Source: Candidatus Saccharimonadota bacterium
Lineage (GTDB): Bacteria > Patescibacteriota > Gracilibacteria > BD1-5 > UBA6164
Assembly (NCBI GenBank): GCA_965227835.1
Contig: OZ245768.1
Coordinates: 1,080,001 to 1,112,000, forward strand
DNA: 32,000 bases
Direction of reading: 5' to 3'
Below the pieces are notes generated by a model. It did no database searches. It saw only the letters and a program-made list of their open reading frames with translations, and was not told the DNA's origin. Every line of letters starts with the position of its first letter. Within the stretch, counting starts at the first letter, position 1. Both the position numbers and the translations under genes were made by a program. This document shows, piece by piece, positions 11,750 to 19,882 of the stretch.

Positions 11750-12373
11750 CTATTTTGAGTAAAATTCAACAATTTTTTGTATATCTATAATAGCTTCAAA
11801 ATCTTCCTGTGTAGGCTCAGATTCTATAGTAATTTTCAATTTATTAGCATCAACTGATATCCACTTAGAATTTGTAATCTTACCTTTATTAGATTTGGCA
11901 AATTCTGATAATTCAGAGGCAAGACTTTTGTAAAGATTACTTTCTCTAACTCTATCCCTTAGCTCAATAGTATCTCCTGGTTTTAAATTTATGGAAGGGA
12001 CTGTAACTTTGACTCCATTTAATTTAAAATGAGCATGGCTAGCAAACTGCCTAGCTTGCATCCTAGTTCTAGCAAAATTAGCCCTGTATATAACATTATC
12101 TAGTCTAAGCTCTAGTAGTTTTAGCATTTTTTCTCAAGTAGTACCAGAACTTCTAGATTTTTGAGCTTTTTTAAAGTATGATGCAAACTGCTTTTCGGAT
12201 AAAGCAAACATTCTTTTTGCTAGTTGTTTTTTTCTCAGTTGAGAACCAAATTCACTAGATTTTCTAGATCTAGGTAGAGTCTTTTTTGATTTGCTAAGAT
12301 CATATTTTTCTGTTCAAAAAAGATTAATTCATTCTCTTCTACAGAGTTTTTTCTTTGGTCAGGTATATCTCAT
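11750..12373 (-). CDS. rpsD: 30S ribosomal protein S4
   Basis: The track ORF 11750-12127 (S4 domain: LELRLDNVIYRANFARTRMQARQFASHAHFKLNG) extends upstream through TGA to MRYTGPKKKLCRREGINLFG. Confidence 0.9.
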
Positions 12374-12409
12374 TTTTTAATTAAAAGTTATCAAATTAAT
12401 TTTTAGATT

Positions 12410-12802
12410 TTATAATTTTCTAATTTTTTTCTTCCTACATCAGTTATGAGGTATTGGTGTTATATCAAATATAGCATCTATATCAACTCAACCAGAAAGT
12501 AATCATCTAATGGCTTGTTCTCTTCAAACTCAAATTCATTTTACATAGACTGTAACATTTTTTAGTCCGTGTAGTGTTACTGCTTTACTTGTAGCTTGTT
12601 CAGCTACGACTTGAGCCGCATAAGGAGTTGCTTCTCTAGCTCATTTAAATCAAGCACTTCATCAAGTACCCCAAGTAAGGGTATTTCATTTTTCATCTGT
12701 AATTGTAACAATAGTATTGTTGAAAGAAGCTTGAATATGAGCTTGTCATTGTTCTATAACTTTTCTTGTTTTTTTACTTTTTTTAACTGGAGTTTTTGCC
12801 AT
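12410..12802 (-). CDS. rpsK: 30S ribosomal protein S11
   Basis: [46 protein letters not shown]...GVGREQAIRGL...ITPIPHNGCR is the canonical S11 sequence. Confidence 0.9.
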
Positions 12803-12839
12803 ATAGTTTATAAAGTTTTAAAATAATAAATTTATAATT

Positions 12840-13208
12840 TTATTTTTTCTTACCTGCAATTGCTACAGATTTTCATTTTCTTGTCCTAGCATTGGTTTTT
12901 GTGGATTGTCATCTTACAGGAAGCCTATTTCTATGCCTAATTCATCTGTATGATCTAATTTCTTGAAGTCTTTTTATATTTGAAGTTACAAGCCTTCTTA
13001 GGTCTCATTCAACAGTATGATTAGCTTTTATTTCATCTCTTATTAAATCAAGTTGTTCTTCTGAAAGGGTTTCAATTTTGAGAGTTTTTTCTATTCAAAC
13101 TTTTTCCAATATTTTAGACGAATTACTTCTTCCTATACCATATATATAAGTTAAAGCGATTTCTACATGTTTACCTTTTGGTAAATTAACTCAAGCGATT
13201 CTAGCCAT
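12840..13208 (-). CDS. rpsM: 30S ribosomal protein S13
   Basis: [28 protein letters not shown]...[27 protein letters not shown] is the canonical S13 sequence. Confidence 0.9.
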
Positions 13209-13261
13209 TTTGTTAGATTTTAAATTAAAAATTAAAACAACCTAGTATTTTCAAATAGGTT

Positions 13262-13375
13262 TTATCCTTGTCTTTGTTTGTGTTTAGGATTTTTACAAAT
13301 AACCCTAACAATATTTTTCCTTTTAATAACCTGGCAATTAGAACACATAGGTTTAACAGAAGCTCTTACTTTCAT
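13262..13375 (-). CDS. rpmJ: 50S ribosomal protein L36
   Basis: [37 protein letters not shown] is the canonical 37-aa L36, with the C-x2-C...C...H zinc pattern. Confidence 0.9.
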   Translation of the reverse strand: MKVRASVKPMCSNCQVIKRKNIVRVICKNPKHKQRQG

Positions 13376-13408
13376 AATAATTATCTTTAATATAAATTTT
13401 TTAAAAAA

Positions 13409-13639
13409 TTACTTATTTCTAAAAGTAATTCTTCATTTTGTTAAATCATAGGGAGTTAACTCTACTTTAACAGTATCTCATTCTATAAGTCTAATATTGT
13501 TGTTTCTCATTTTTCAGCTTAGGTATCATTTGATAATATTTCATCAAAAATCGTCTGGTAATTGTATATCAAAAACCAGACCAGGTAAAGCTTTGACGAT
13601 TACTCATTCTACTTCTATTTTATCTTCTTTACCAGACAT
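13409..13639 (-). CDS. infA: Translation initiation factor IF-1
   Basis: IEVEGVIVKALPG..F.IQL....[39 protein letters not shown] aligns with E. coli IF-1. TGA falls on Gly of ISGKMR, LTGD and SKGRI. Confidence 0.9.
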
Positions 13640-13770
13640 ATAAAAAGGGATGTTTGTAGTTAAATAACCGTGACATTATATAAAGATATATTTAAATGCA
13701 AATTTTTTGTAAATTTTTATTAAAAAACATCAAGAAATCTGCTAAATATAGATAAAAATTAATATCATAC

Positions 13771-13912
13771 TAGCTCTCTTCGAGCAAGACCTCACTCTAA
13801 AACTCAACCTAACCCTCTCCAACTTCACCTCACCCTAGCCCTCTCTATCTATACCTCACCCCCAACCCCTCTCCTTAGAGGAGATGGGAGTAAAACAGAA
13901 GGAATAGAATAT
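13771..13912 (-). repeat. GC-rich structured intergenic repeat, copy 4 (inverted orientation)
   Basis: The reverse complement reads ttctattccttctgttttactcc-CATCTCC-tctaa-GGAGAGGG-gttgggggtgaggtatagatagagagggctagggtgaggtgaagttggagagggttaggttgag...gagtgaggtcttgctcgaag. The architecture matches the other copies. The plus-strand hairpin arms are at 13867-13874 and 13880-13888, with a 1-nt bulge. Confidence 0.75.
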
Positions 13913-13987
13913 AAATTGTTATTACATAGTAGAGAATAATAAAATAAATTTTACTCTATAAATTATTTTTTAATCTATTGTTTCCCT

Positions 13988-14012
13988 TCAACAGAGGGCT
14001 TTAGCCCTTTGC
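13988..14012 (+). repeat. 25-nt hairpin motif TCAACAGAGGGCTTTAGCCCTTTGC, copy i
   Basis: Stem AGAGGGC/GCCCTTT with a TTTA loop. Near-identical copies lie at 22669-22693 and 25989-26013. Degenerate copies lie at about 14196-14230 and 14244-14275. Confidence 0.65.
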
Positions 14013-14158
14013 CCATTAACAATATTTGCATTCAGCCCTTTACCCATTAACAATATTTGTATTCAATCCTTTGCTCAATTAACAATATTTGCATTTAGCC
14101 CTCTGCTAATTAACAATATTTGCATTCAGCCCTTTGCATAGTAAGATTTTTGCAAAAT
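14003..14158. repeat. Tandem array, about 4.5 copies of a 31-bp unit (AGCCCTTTGCCCATTAACAATATTTGCATTC)
   Basis: Units start at 14003, 14034, 14065 (32 bp), 14097 and 14128 (partial). The core TTAACAATATTTGCATT is conserved in four units. The array sits in the divergent intergenic region between infA and the pilin gene. Confidence 0.8.
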
Positions 14159-14167
14159 AAAACTTAA

Positions 14168-14195
14168 TTGCAAATTATCCTAAATTTAGTATATT
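14168..14195 (+). promoter_or_regulatory. Candidate sigma-70-type promoter for the pilin-fibrinogen gene
   Basis: TTGCAA (14168-14173), a 16-nt spacer, then TATATT (14190-14195), about 135 nt upstream of ATG 14329. Chance matches are easy in AT-rich DNA. Confidence 0.3.
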
Positions 14196-14328
14196 CCTTT
14201 AGGCAGATGGCTTTAACCATTTGTCCCATATTACATTATATCCTTTCAACAGAAAGCTTCATCCCTTTGCCTAGTAGAAATTTTGACAAAAAACTATGAT
14301 AAACTTTTAACTCTTAACTCCCCCTCAA

Positions 14329-15606
14329 ATGAAAAACAAACTAACCCTCCAACCAAAAAAAGCATTCACCTTAGTAGAGCTAATAGTAGTAGTAACAATA
14401 CTAGCAATAATCTGAACAATATGATTTGTAAGCTATACAGACTATCTATCTTGAGTAAGAGATACAAATAGAACAGTACAACTAGAAAGTATATGAGATT
14501 GATTAAAACTATCACTAACAAAATGAAGACTTCCAATACCCGATGACTACATAGAAGTTAAAACTAGTTGAGATACTATAGCATATCAAGGATATGCATG
14601 AGAAGAAGTACTAAAAAAAATTAAATATGACAAAGAAGGTAAAGATCCACTAGATAATACATATTTTTCATACTATGCTACAGATAATAGAAAGAACTTT
14701 CAATTAATGGCATTACTAGAAGAAACAAATGAAACTGTAAGTTTATATAATAGAAGAGAAGTATTATCTGAGGATATAGATTATTCAGACAGACAAGTTA
14801 AGGTAAGTTGAAAGAAGCTATGAATATTAACTGGGGGTTGAGATAATTTAAATGTTCCAGTACAAGAAATATGAGAGATAAAAGATAATTGAGAATTAGA
14901 TATAGCTACTACACCAGAAGAATATATATCCCATATAGATGATAATGATAAGATTAGTTGAAATTGAAGTGAATTAATTAAATCAATATATAATGCTAGT
15001 TGTAAGAGGATTTTAGAATCTAGTTTAGATAATTGAGATTGAATTTATAAGATAAATCCTGCTGGAACAGAAGAATTTGAGGTTTATTGTGATATGGAAA
15101 CTGATGGGGGTGGGTGGACTTTAATAGAGAGTTTTTCTTTAGAAAACAAAGATATTTATACATTTGGAGCTTTCTATGAAGATTTACCAAGAAACGAAAA
15201 TACTCCAAAAAATTTTGAAGACTTTAGATTGTCTTTAAGTAAAATGGAAGACTTAGTAGATATTTCAACTGAAGTTAGAGCTGGATGTAATATGGAAATA
15301 AATCCATCAAAAGACTATGTATTTTTTGATTTGTCTGAATTAAATATTTTAACATTTCAAGGAATTGGAGAGTATAAAAAAACAAAAAAATTAAATGTAA
15401 GAGGAAATTTTTATGAAAATGAAGATCTAAAATGGTGGCAAGGAAATAATATTGGTAATAATGATCATCTACATATAGATTCAAATATTGATAATATTCC
15501 TAACTCAATTTACTCAGAAGATAACTTCGGCCATTATAGGTATATAAACCAAGAGTTTTCTTGTACTTCTTCTCAAAGTTCAACAACTAATTGGTATTTA
15601 AGATAA
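14329..15606 (+). CDS. Type IV pilin-like protein with a C-terminal fibrinogen-like YCDxxxxGGGW domain (425 aa)
   Basis: ATG at 14329 is the first start after an in-frame TAA at 14308. I checked all triplets to 15094 and found no TAA/TAG. The gene joins the track ORF 15094-15606 in frame. The N-terminus, MKNKLTLQPKKA/FTLVELIVVVTILAII, is a prepilin cleavage/methylation motif with Glu at +5. Residues encoded at about 15000-15130, [43 protein letters not shown], match the opening subdomain of fibrinogen-related domains. Confidence 0.8.
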
Positions 15607-15634
15607 AAATTTACAAATCATAATCCAAAAACAT

Positions 15635-16759
15635 ATGAACAAAACAAACGAATCTTCTAGATTAATATTATTTAATCTAAGCATACTTACAATAATAGCA
15701 GTAGCATATCTGATGTATATATGAAGCTCTCTTATACTACCTTTTGTAATAGCACTTCTAGTAAGCTTTTGAATAATATCAGTATCTGGATTTTTCAGTA
15801 ATATGGGTATGAATAAATTTTTTTCATACCTGTTTAGTGCATTTTGTTTTTTTATATTTTTCTTCCTCTTATGATGGATAATAAACAACAACATAGAAGA
15901 AATAACAAAACCAAAAAACATAGAATTTTACCAAAACAGATTTGAAGAAATATTCTCTCCGATGCTAGAATACACAACCAAACTTAATATAAACCAAGAA
16001 GAACTAAGACAAAAATTTTTAAAAAGCATTGATTTTTCAAATGTATTTTCTAGTGTAACCCTAGTTATAACCTCCATACTATCAAGTGCCTGACTAATAA
16101 TAATATACATATTGTTTATACTCCTAGAATATAGATTCTTTCAAGAAAAAATCTCACTTATATCTCCCGATGTAACAAAAAGAAAAAAGATATCTTCTGT
16201 AATAGAAAAAATAAAAAACGATGTAAAAACATATTTTTTGATAAAAAGTCTCACATCATTTTTTACAGGACTTTTGACATATATAGTGCTTTCTATATTT
16301 TCTGTAGATTTTGCTATGTTTTGGTCTTTTACAATATTTATACTAAACTTTATCCCTACAATTTGATCAATAATATGAGTATCAATAGTTTCTGTTTTTG
16401 TAGTAATACAAATATGATTCACTGCAGTGCTTTTCTTGGTTATTCTAAGTTTGATATGAATACAAACACTTATATGAAATATAATAGAACCAAAACTTAT
16501 GTGAAATAAACTAAATCTAAGCCCTCTTGTCATAATACTATCTCTTTGATTATGGTGAGCTATATGGTGAGTAGTTTGAATGCTTCTATCAGTACCAATA
16601 ATGGTAATAATAAACATTATCCTATCAAATTTTGAATCAACTAAACCCATATCTATAATGCTAAGTGAGAAATGAGTACTAGGAGATGAAAAAGAAATAA
16701 ATATAGCAAACACTAAAAAAGAACTCTATAAATTAATTAAAGACAATTTAAAGAATTAA
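15635..16759 (+). CDS. AI-2E family transporter (PerM/UPF0118-type permease), 374 aa
   Basis: It has about 8 TM segments and family motifs: FILNFIPTIGSIIGV and [38 protein letters not shown]. It contains the track fragment 16112-16366 in frame. Confidence 0.8.
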
Positions 16760-16872
16760 AAATCTAAAACTCTATTTTTTCTAACTCTGCTCTAATATAA
16801 ACATTGATGTTAGATTCAAACTAAAAAATATTACAATATATTTGTAGTCTAAAAATGATAAAAACACAAAAC

Positions 16873-17088
16873 CTATTTATAAGATTTATTGATGCAAAGA
16901 AGTTTAGAAAGGAATGCAAATGGCTGAAGACATCTGTTTAATAAAATTTTGGATAAATATAAAAAAGGAATAATGCTCTTTGTAGTGAATATGGTAGAAG
17001 CATAAAATACAAGATTTAAAATTTTCAAATTTATGAGAAAAATAAAAAACTCTTTTCTTGAACTAATACTTTTTATAATATCTTTCAT
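16873..17088 (-). CDS. Doubtful small hydrophobic ORF (71 aa from ATG; 115 aa if TTG 17220 is used)
   Basis: This is the only open frame in the 16760-17330 gap. I recognised no homology and saw no RBS. Its composition is typical of random AT-rich ORFs. Confidence 0.2.
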   Translation of the reverse strand: MKDIIKSISSRKEFFIFLINLKILNLVFYASTIFTTKSIIPFLYLSKILLNRCLQPFAFLSKLLCINKSYK

Positions 17089-17330
17089 ACTCACTTTTTT
17101 TAGATCAATAAAGTCTTTTTTAGGGCTAAAAAAAGTTAAATGAAATTTATTTTTTGATAGTCTGGATTTTACCTTTAAAATATGGCCCAAGTATTTTTGG
17201 TCCAAACCAAGCCTATACAAACTATTTTCTTTTTTCCCAGATTTACTTAAATTTGTACTAAAAAAGTAAAATATTTAGAGCTTTTTATACAAGAATTTAA
17301 AAGTAAGGATATGATGGAGAAATGTTAATA

Positions 17331-17577
17331 TCTGTTCTATCCCTCTCTACTCTGTTCTATTTCCCTCTCCTCCAAAGGAGAGGGTTAGGGTGAGGGCTTT
17401 ACGGGTTAGGATTAGGTTTTGCTGTAGAGGGTTAGGATTAGGTTTTGCTGGAGAGGGGCTCTCGGGTGAGGTCTCGGGTTAGATTGAAATCTTGAGCAAG
17501 TAAAAATCTGGGTTTAAGAATAAAATCTGGAATAAATTTATTCTTGTAAAAATATGCAAGGGGTCAAGACCCCTTGT
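17331..17577 (+). repeat. GC-rich structured intergenic repeat, copy 5 (most complete)
   Basis: The CT arm has tctgttctat twice. The hairpin is CCCTCTCC (17363-17370) / GGAGAGGG (17377-17384). The G-rich arm, gggttagggtgagggctttacgggttaggattaggttttgctg, contains an internal direct repeat of about 25 bp. It continues as gggtgaggtctcgggttag. A terminal perfect hairpin CAAGGGG-TCAAGA-CCCCTTG lies at 17558-17577. Confidence 0.85.
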
Positions 17578-17622
17578 CCTAAAGAAAAACCAAGTAAAAA
17601 ATTTAAAAGAAAATTATAAAAA

Positions 17623-18771
17623 ATGAGCAAAAAAGCTTTTACATTAATAGAAATAATGATATGAATCTTAATCAGTTCTATGATAATAGTAGTCTGATTT
17701 CAGTCATTTAGCTATATAATGGTTTGAAAAGTAAAACTTATAGAATCTACCAATATAGAAAAAGAAAGTTTTAGTTTTATGCAAAAATTCTTTGAAGAAA
17801 TAAAAGCTTGATGATTAATAGACTATGAAGAATATTTCAATAGAGCTATGATAAATTGAAACTCATCATGAAACTCACTATATTCTTCCTGACACTTCAA
17901 GAAAAAAAGCTGATTTTGAAACTTTTGAATAAATGGAACTTGATGAACAACTAGTTACTGAAATTGATTTTATTATTGTAGAAGTGATGGTTGAAAAAAA
18001 ATGACAGGAACATGATGTATAGCTGAATTTAATACCACATGAGCTTCTGTTTTTTGAACAAATCAAAGATATGGGCAATATAGTTTTCATTTTATAGACT
18101 ATAACTCAAATTTTGATAATGACTGATGAGATGAAGATTGAGATGGAAGTATAATTTGAGATGATGATGATGAGTATTTAGGAAAATGACCAAATGTATT
18201 TGATTCTTGAGAAGATGTAGTAGAACTATATCTAATATCTGCAGATAAAAAAAGAAGAACATTTTTCAGATGGAAAGTAGTTGATGATCCCTATATAGAA
18301 AATTCAGTAGCTAGCTGTGATTTTACCGATCCAAAAAGTCCAACAGGGTCAGGATGTCTAGGAACAATAGAATTTTTAAAATTAGACTGAAAAGACTGGG
18401 GCTTTGATCATGATATAAGTAATTCAGCAAAAAATTGAGAATATGATTGAGTAGTTGATACTTGGCTTATAGATAGTGATTTCTCTGAATTTGCAGGGCA
18501 AACTTGAAATAAAATAGCATGAAGTGATAATATAGACTATTGGATACCTCTGTTTCCAGATTCTATAAGTGTAAAGTCATTTGATGTGAGAGTTTATCCA
18601 CACAAGAATATAAAAGATGCTTGGAGGGAGCAATGAATTGATTTATCTCCGTATGTTAGAGTAAGTATAACTCTTACCCCCAGCTGGAAAATAAAAAAGA
18701 AAATAAGATGAAAAGTCCCAGAATTTAATATAAGTACAACTATTAATTTAACAGATATATTTAGTAGATAA
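17623..18771 (+). CDS. Minor (pseudo)pilin-like protein with a prepilin N-terminus (382 aa)
   Basis: MSKKA/FTLIEIMIGILISSMIIVVGF is a class III signal with Glu at +5. The large variable domain includes an Asp-rich loop, DNDGGDEDGDGSIIGDDDDEY (18115-18177). I checked in-frame triplets from 17623 to about 18300 and saw TGA only. The stop is TAA at 18769-18771. Confidence 0.7.
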
Positions 18772-18773
18772 AT

Positions 18774-19646
18774 ATGAAAAAAAACAAAAAATGATTGTCC
18801 TTAGTCGTTGCTATATCTATGGCATTACTTATGTGACTTTTGGCAATATATATTTTGGAGTATATGATACCTTTTTCCAAAAACACAAAAGGTATAGAAA
18901 ATAGTGTTTGAGCATATTATCTGGCAGACTCTGCAATAGAAGATGCCCTTTATTCTATGAGCTGACAAACACTAGGATATAAAAAAACAGATTCACTATC
19001 AGGAAATAGAGATTATTCTATAGCTATGTCAGCAAATTGAAATACCTTGCCACCTTCTGGAGAATGAAATAGTGAGTTTGATAAAGATTACAATATATTG
19101 AGATTATGAGACCCTATTCAAATAGAAGTTTGAAGTGGGGCAATTACTAGTAGTTCTAATTTTAAAATATATATCAAAGTACCAGACCTAAATTCAGCAA
19201 GTGAACAAGATGAGACATTAAGTTGAGCAAGTTTGAAGATAGCAAATTGGCAATTATCCTCAAGTAGTGATGTATTAAATGCAAGTGGTAGTCAAATAAC
19301 AGCTACAGAAATAAATAATGATTGAAGTAGTTGAATAAGTTTATGAAATAAAGTTTGATCCAATTTAGCAAATGATTCAAAAACTTTTTCTAATTTCTAT
19401 TGATCAGAGTGTAATGGTTCATGAGAAGTATGTAAACTAAAAATTTCAGTAATTAACAAACTTGAATTAACAAACGGAACAAATGTGCCTTATTTAGAAT
19501 GGAAGATAGTAAATGGTAGTAGTATACCTCTAAGATATACAATAATAGACACAATTTGAAGATCCTATGGTTTTAGAAAAATCCTAAAAGTGAAAGTCCC
19601 TCAACAAACTGTAAATGAAGCTTTTGATTTTACCGTATTTCAGTAA
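18774..19646 (+). CDS. PilX/ComGG-like minor pilin candidate (290 aa)
   Basis: It starts 2 nt after the previous stop. The N-terminus, MKKNKKG/LSLVVAISMALLMGLLAIYILEY, is a hydrophobic pilin-like helix without Glu at +5. That feature and the position after a minor pilin fit PilX-type proteins. Confidence 0.5.
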
Positions 19647-19751
19647 AAAGGTTATTTTTGTTGATATAATCTCTTAAGAGACAATTTAAAATTATACAGA
19701 TCCTCTCTAAAGAAAATATTTAAATACCTACAATGGTTTTTTCAATTTTTA

Positions 19752-19779
19752 TTGACAAAAATTTATTTTAGCATAATAT
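19752..19779 (+). promoter_or_regulatory. Near-consensus sigma-70-type promoter
   Basis: TTGACA (19752-19757), a 16-nt spacer, then TAATAT (19774-19779), about 35 nt upstream of the SD-led ORF at 19815. Confidence 0.45.
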
Positions 19780-19814
19780 ATACTAACTTTATTCACTTAA
19801 AAAAGGAGTTTGTT

Positions 19815-19880
19815 ATGAACATAACTACAATTACTGTGTTTAGAAAATTTCTTGATTCATTTTTCAACTGTGAGGTCTAA
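19815..19880 (+). CDS. 21-codon leader-like micro-ORF (MNITTITVFRKFLDSFFNCEV)
   Basis: It is preceded by AAGGAG (19803-19808) at 6-nt spacing, the only strong Shine-Dalgarno I found in the window. It ends 2 nt before the next ATG. Confidence 0.3.
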   Translation: MNITTITVFRKFLDSFFNCEV

Positions 19881-19882
19881 AA

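Noticed and set aside
7502-13639. The ribosomal protein and rpoA genes look like pseudogenes riddled with premature stops under the standard code.
   Set aside because: Every interrupting codon is TGA, never TAA or TAG, and each falls on a conserved Gly. The frames stay intact with no frameshifts over 6 kb. This is recoding, not decay.
14003-14158. A possible CRISPR array, because of regularly spaced repeats of about 31 bp.
   Set aside because: The units are directly adjacent with no unique spacers. There are no cas genes in the window, and the repeat is not palindromic in the CRISPR manner. It is a simple tandem repeat.
14283-14471. A track ORF (62 aa, TTG start) overlapping the start of the pilin gene.
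   Set aside because: It is out of frame with the 425-aa pilin-fibrinogen ORF. That ORF begins at ATG 14329 with a textbook prepilin signal. The 62-aa product is low-complexity.
16855-16941. A small plus-strand ORF (28 aa, MIKTQNLFIRFIDAKKFRKECKWLKTSV) in the gap after the AI-2E gene.
   Set aside because: It is too short, has no RBS or promoter signal, and I cannot assess its conservation.
17382-17450. TTAGGG-type units suggesting a telomere or a eukaryotic contaminant.
   Set aside because: Only a few imperfect units occur. They are embedded in an element that recurs in intergenic spacers between bacterial genes on the same contig, so this is not a chromosome end.
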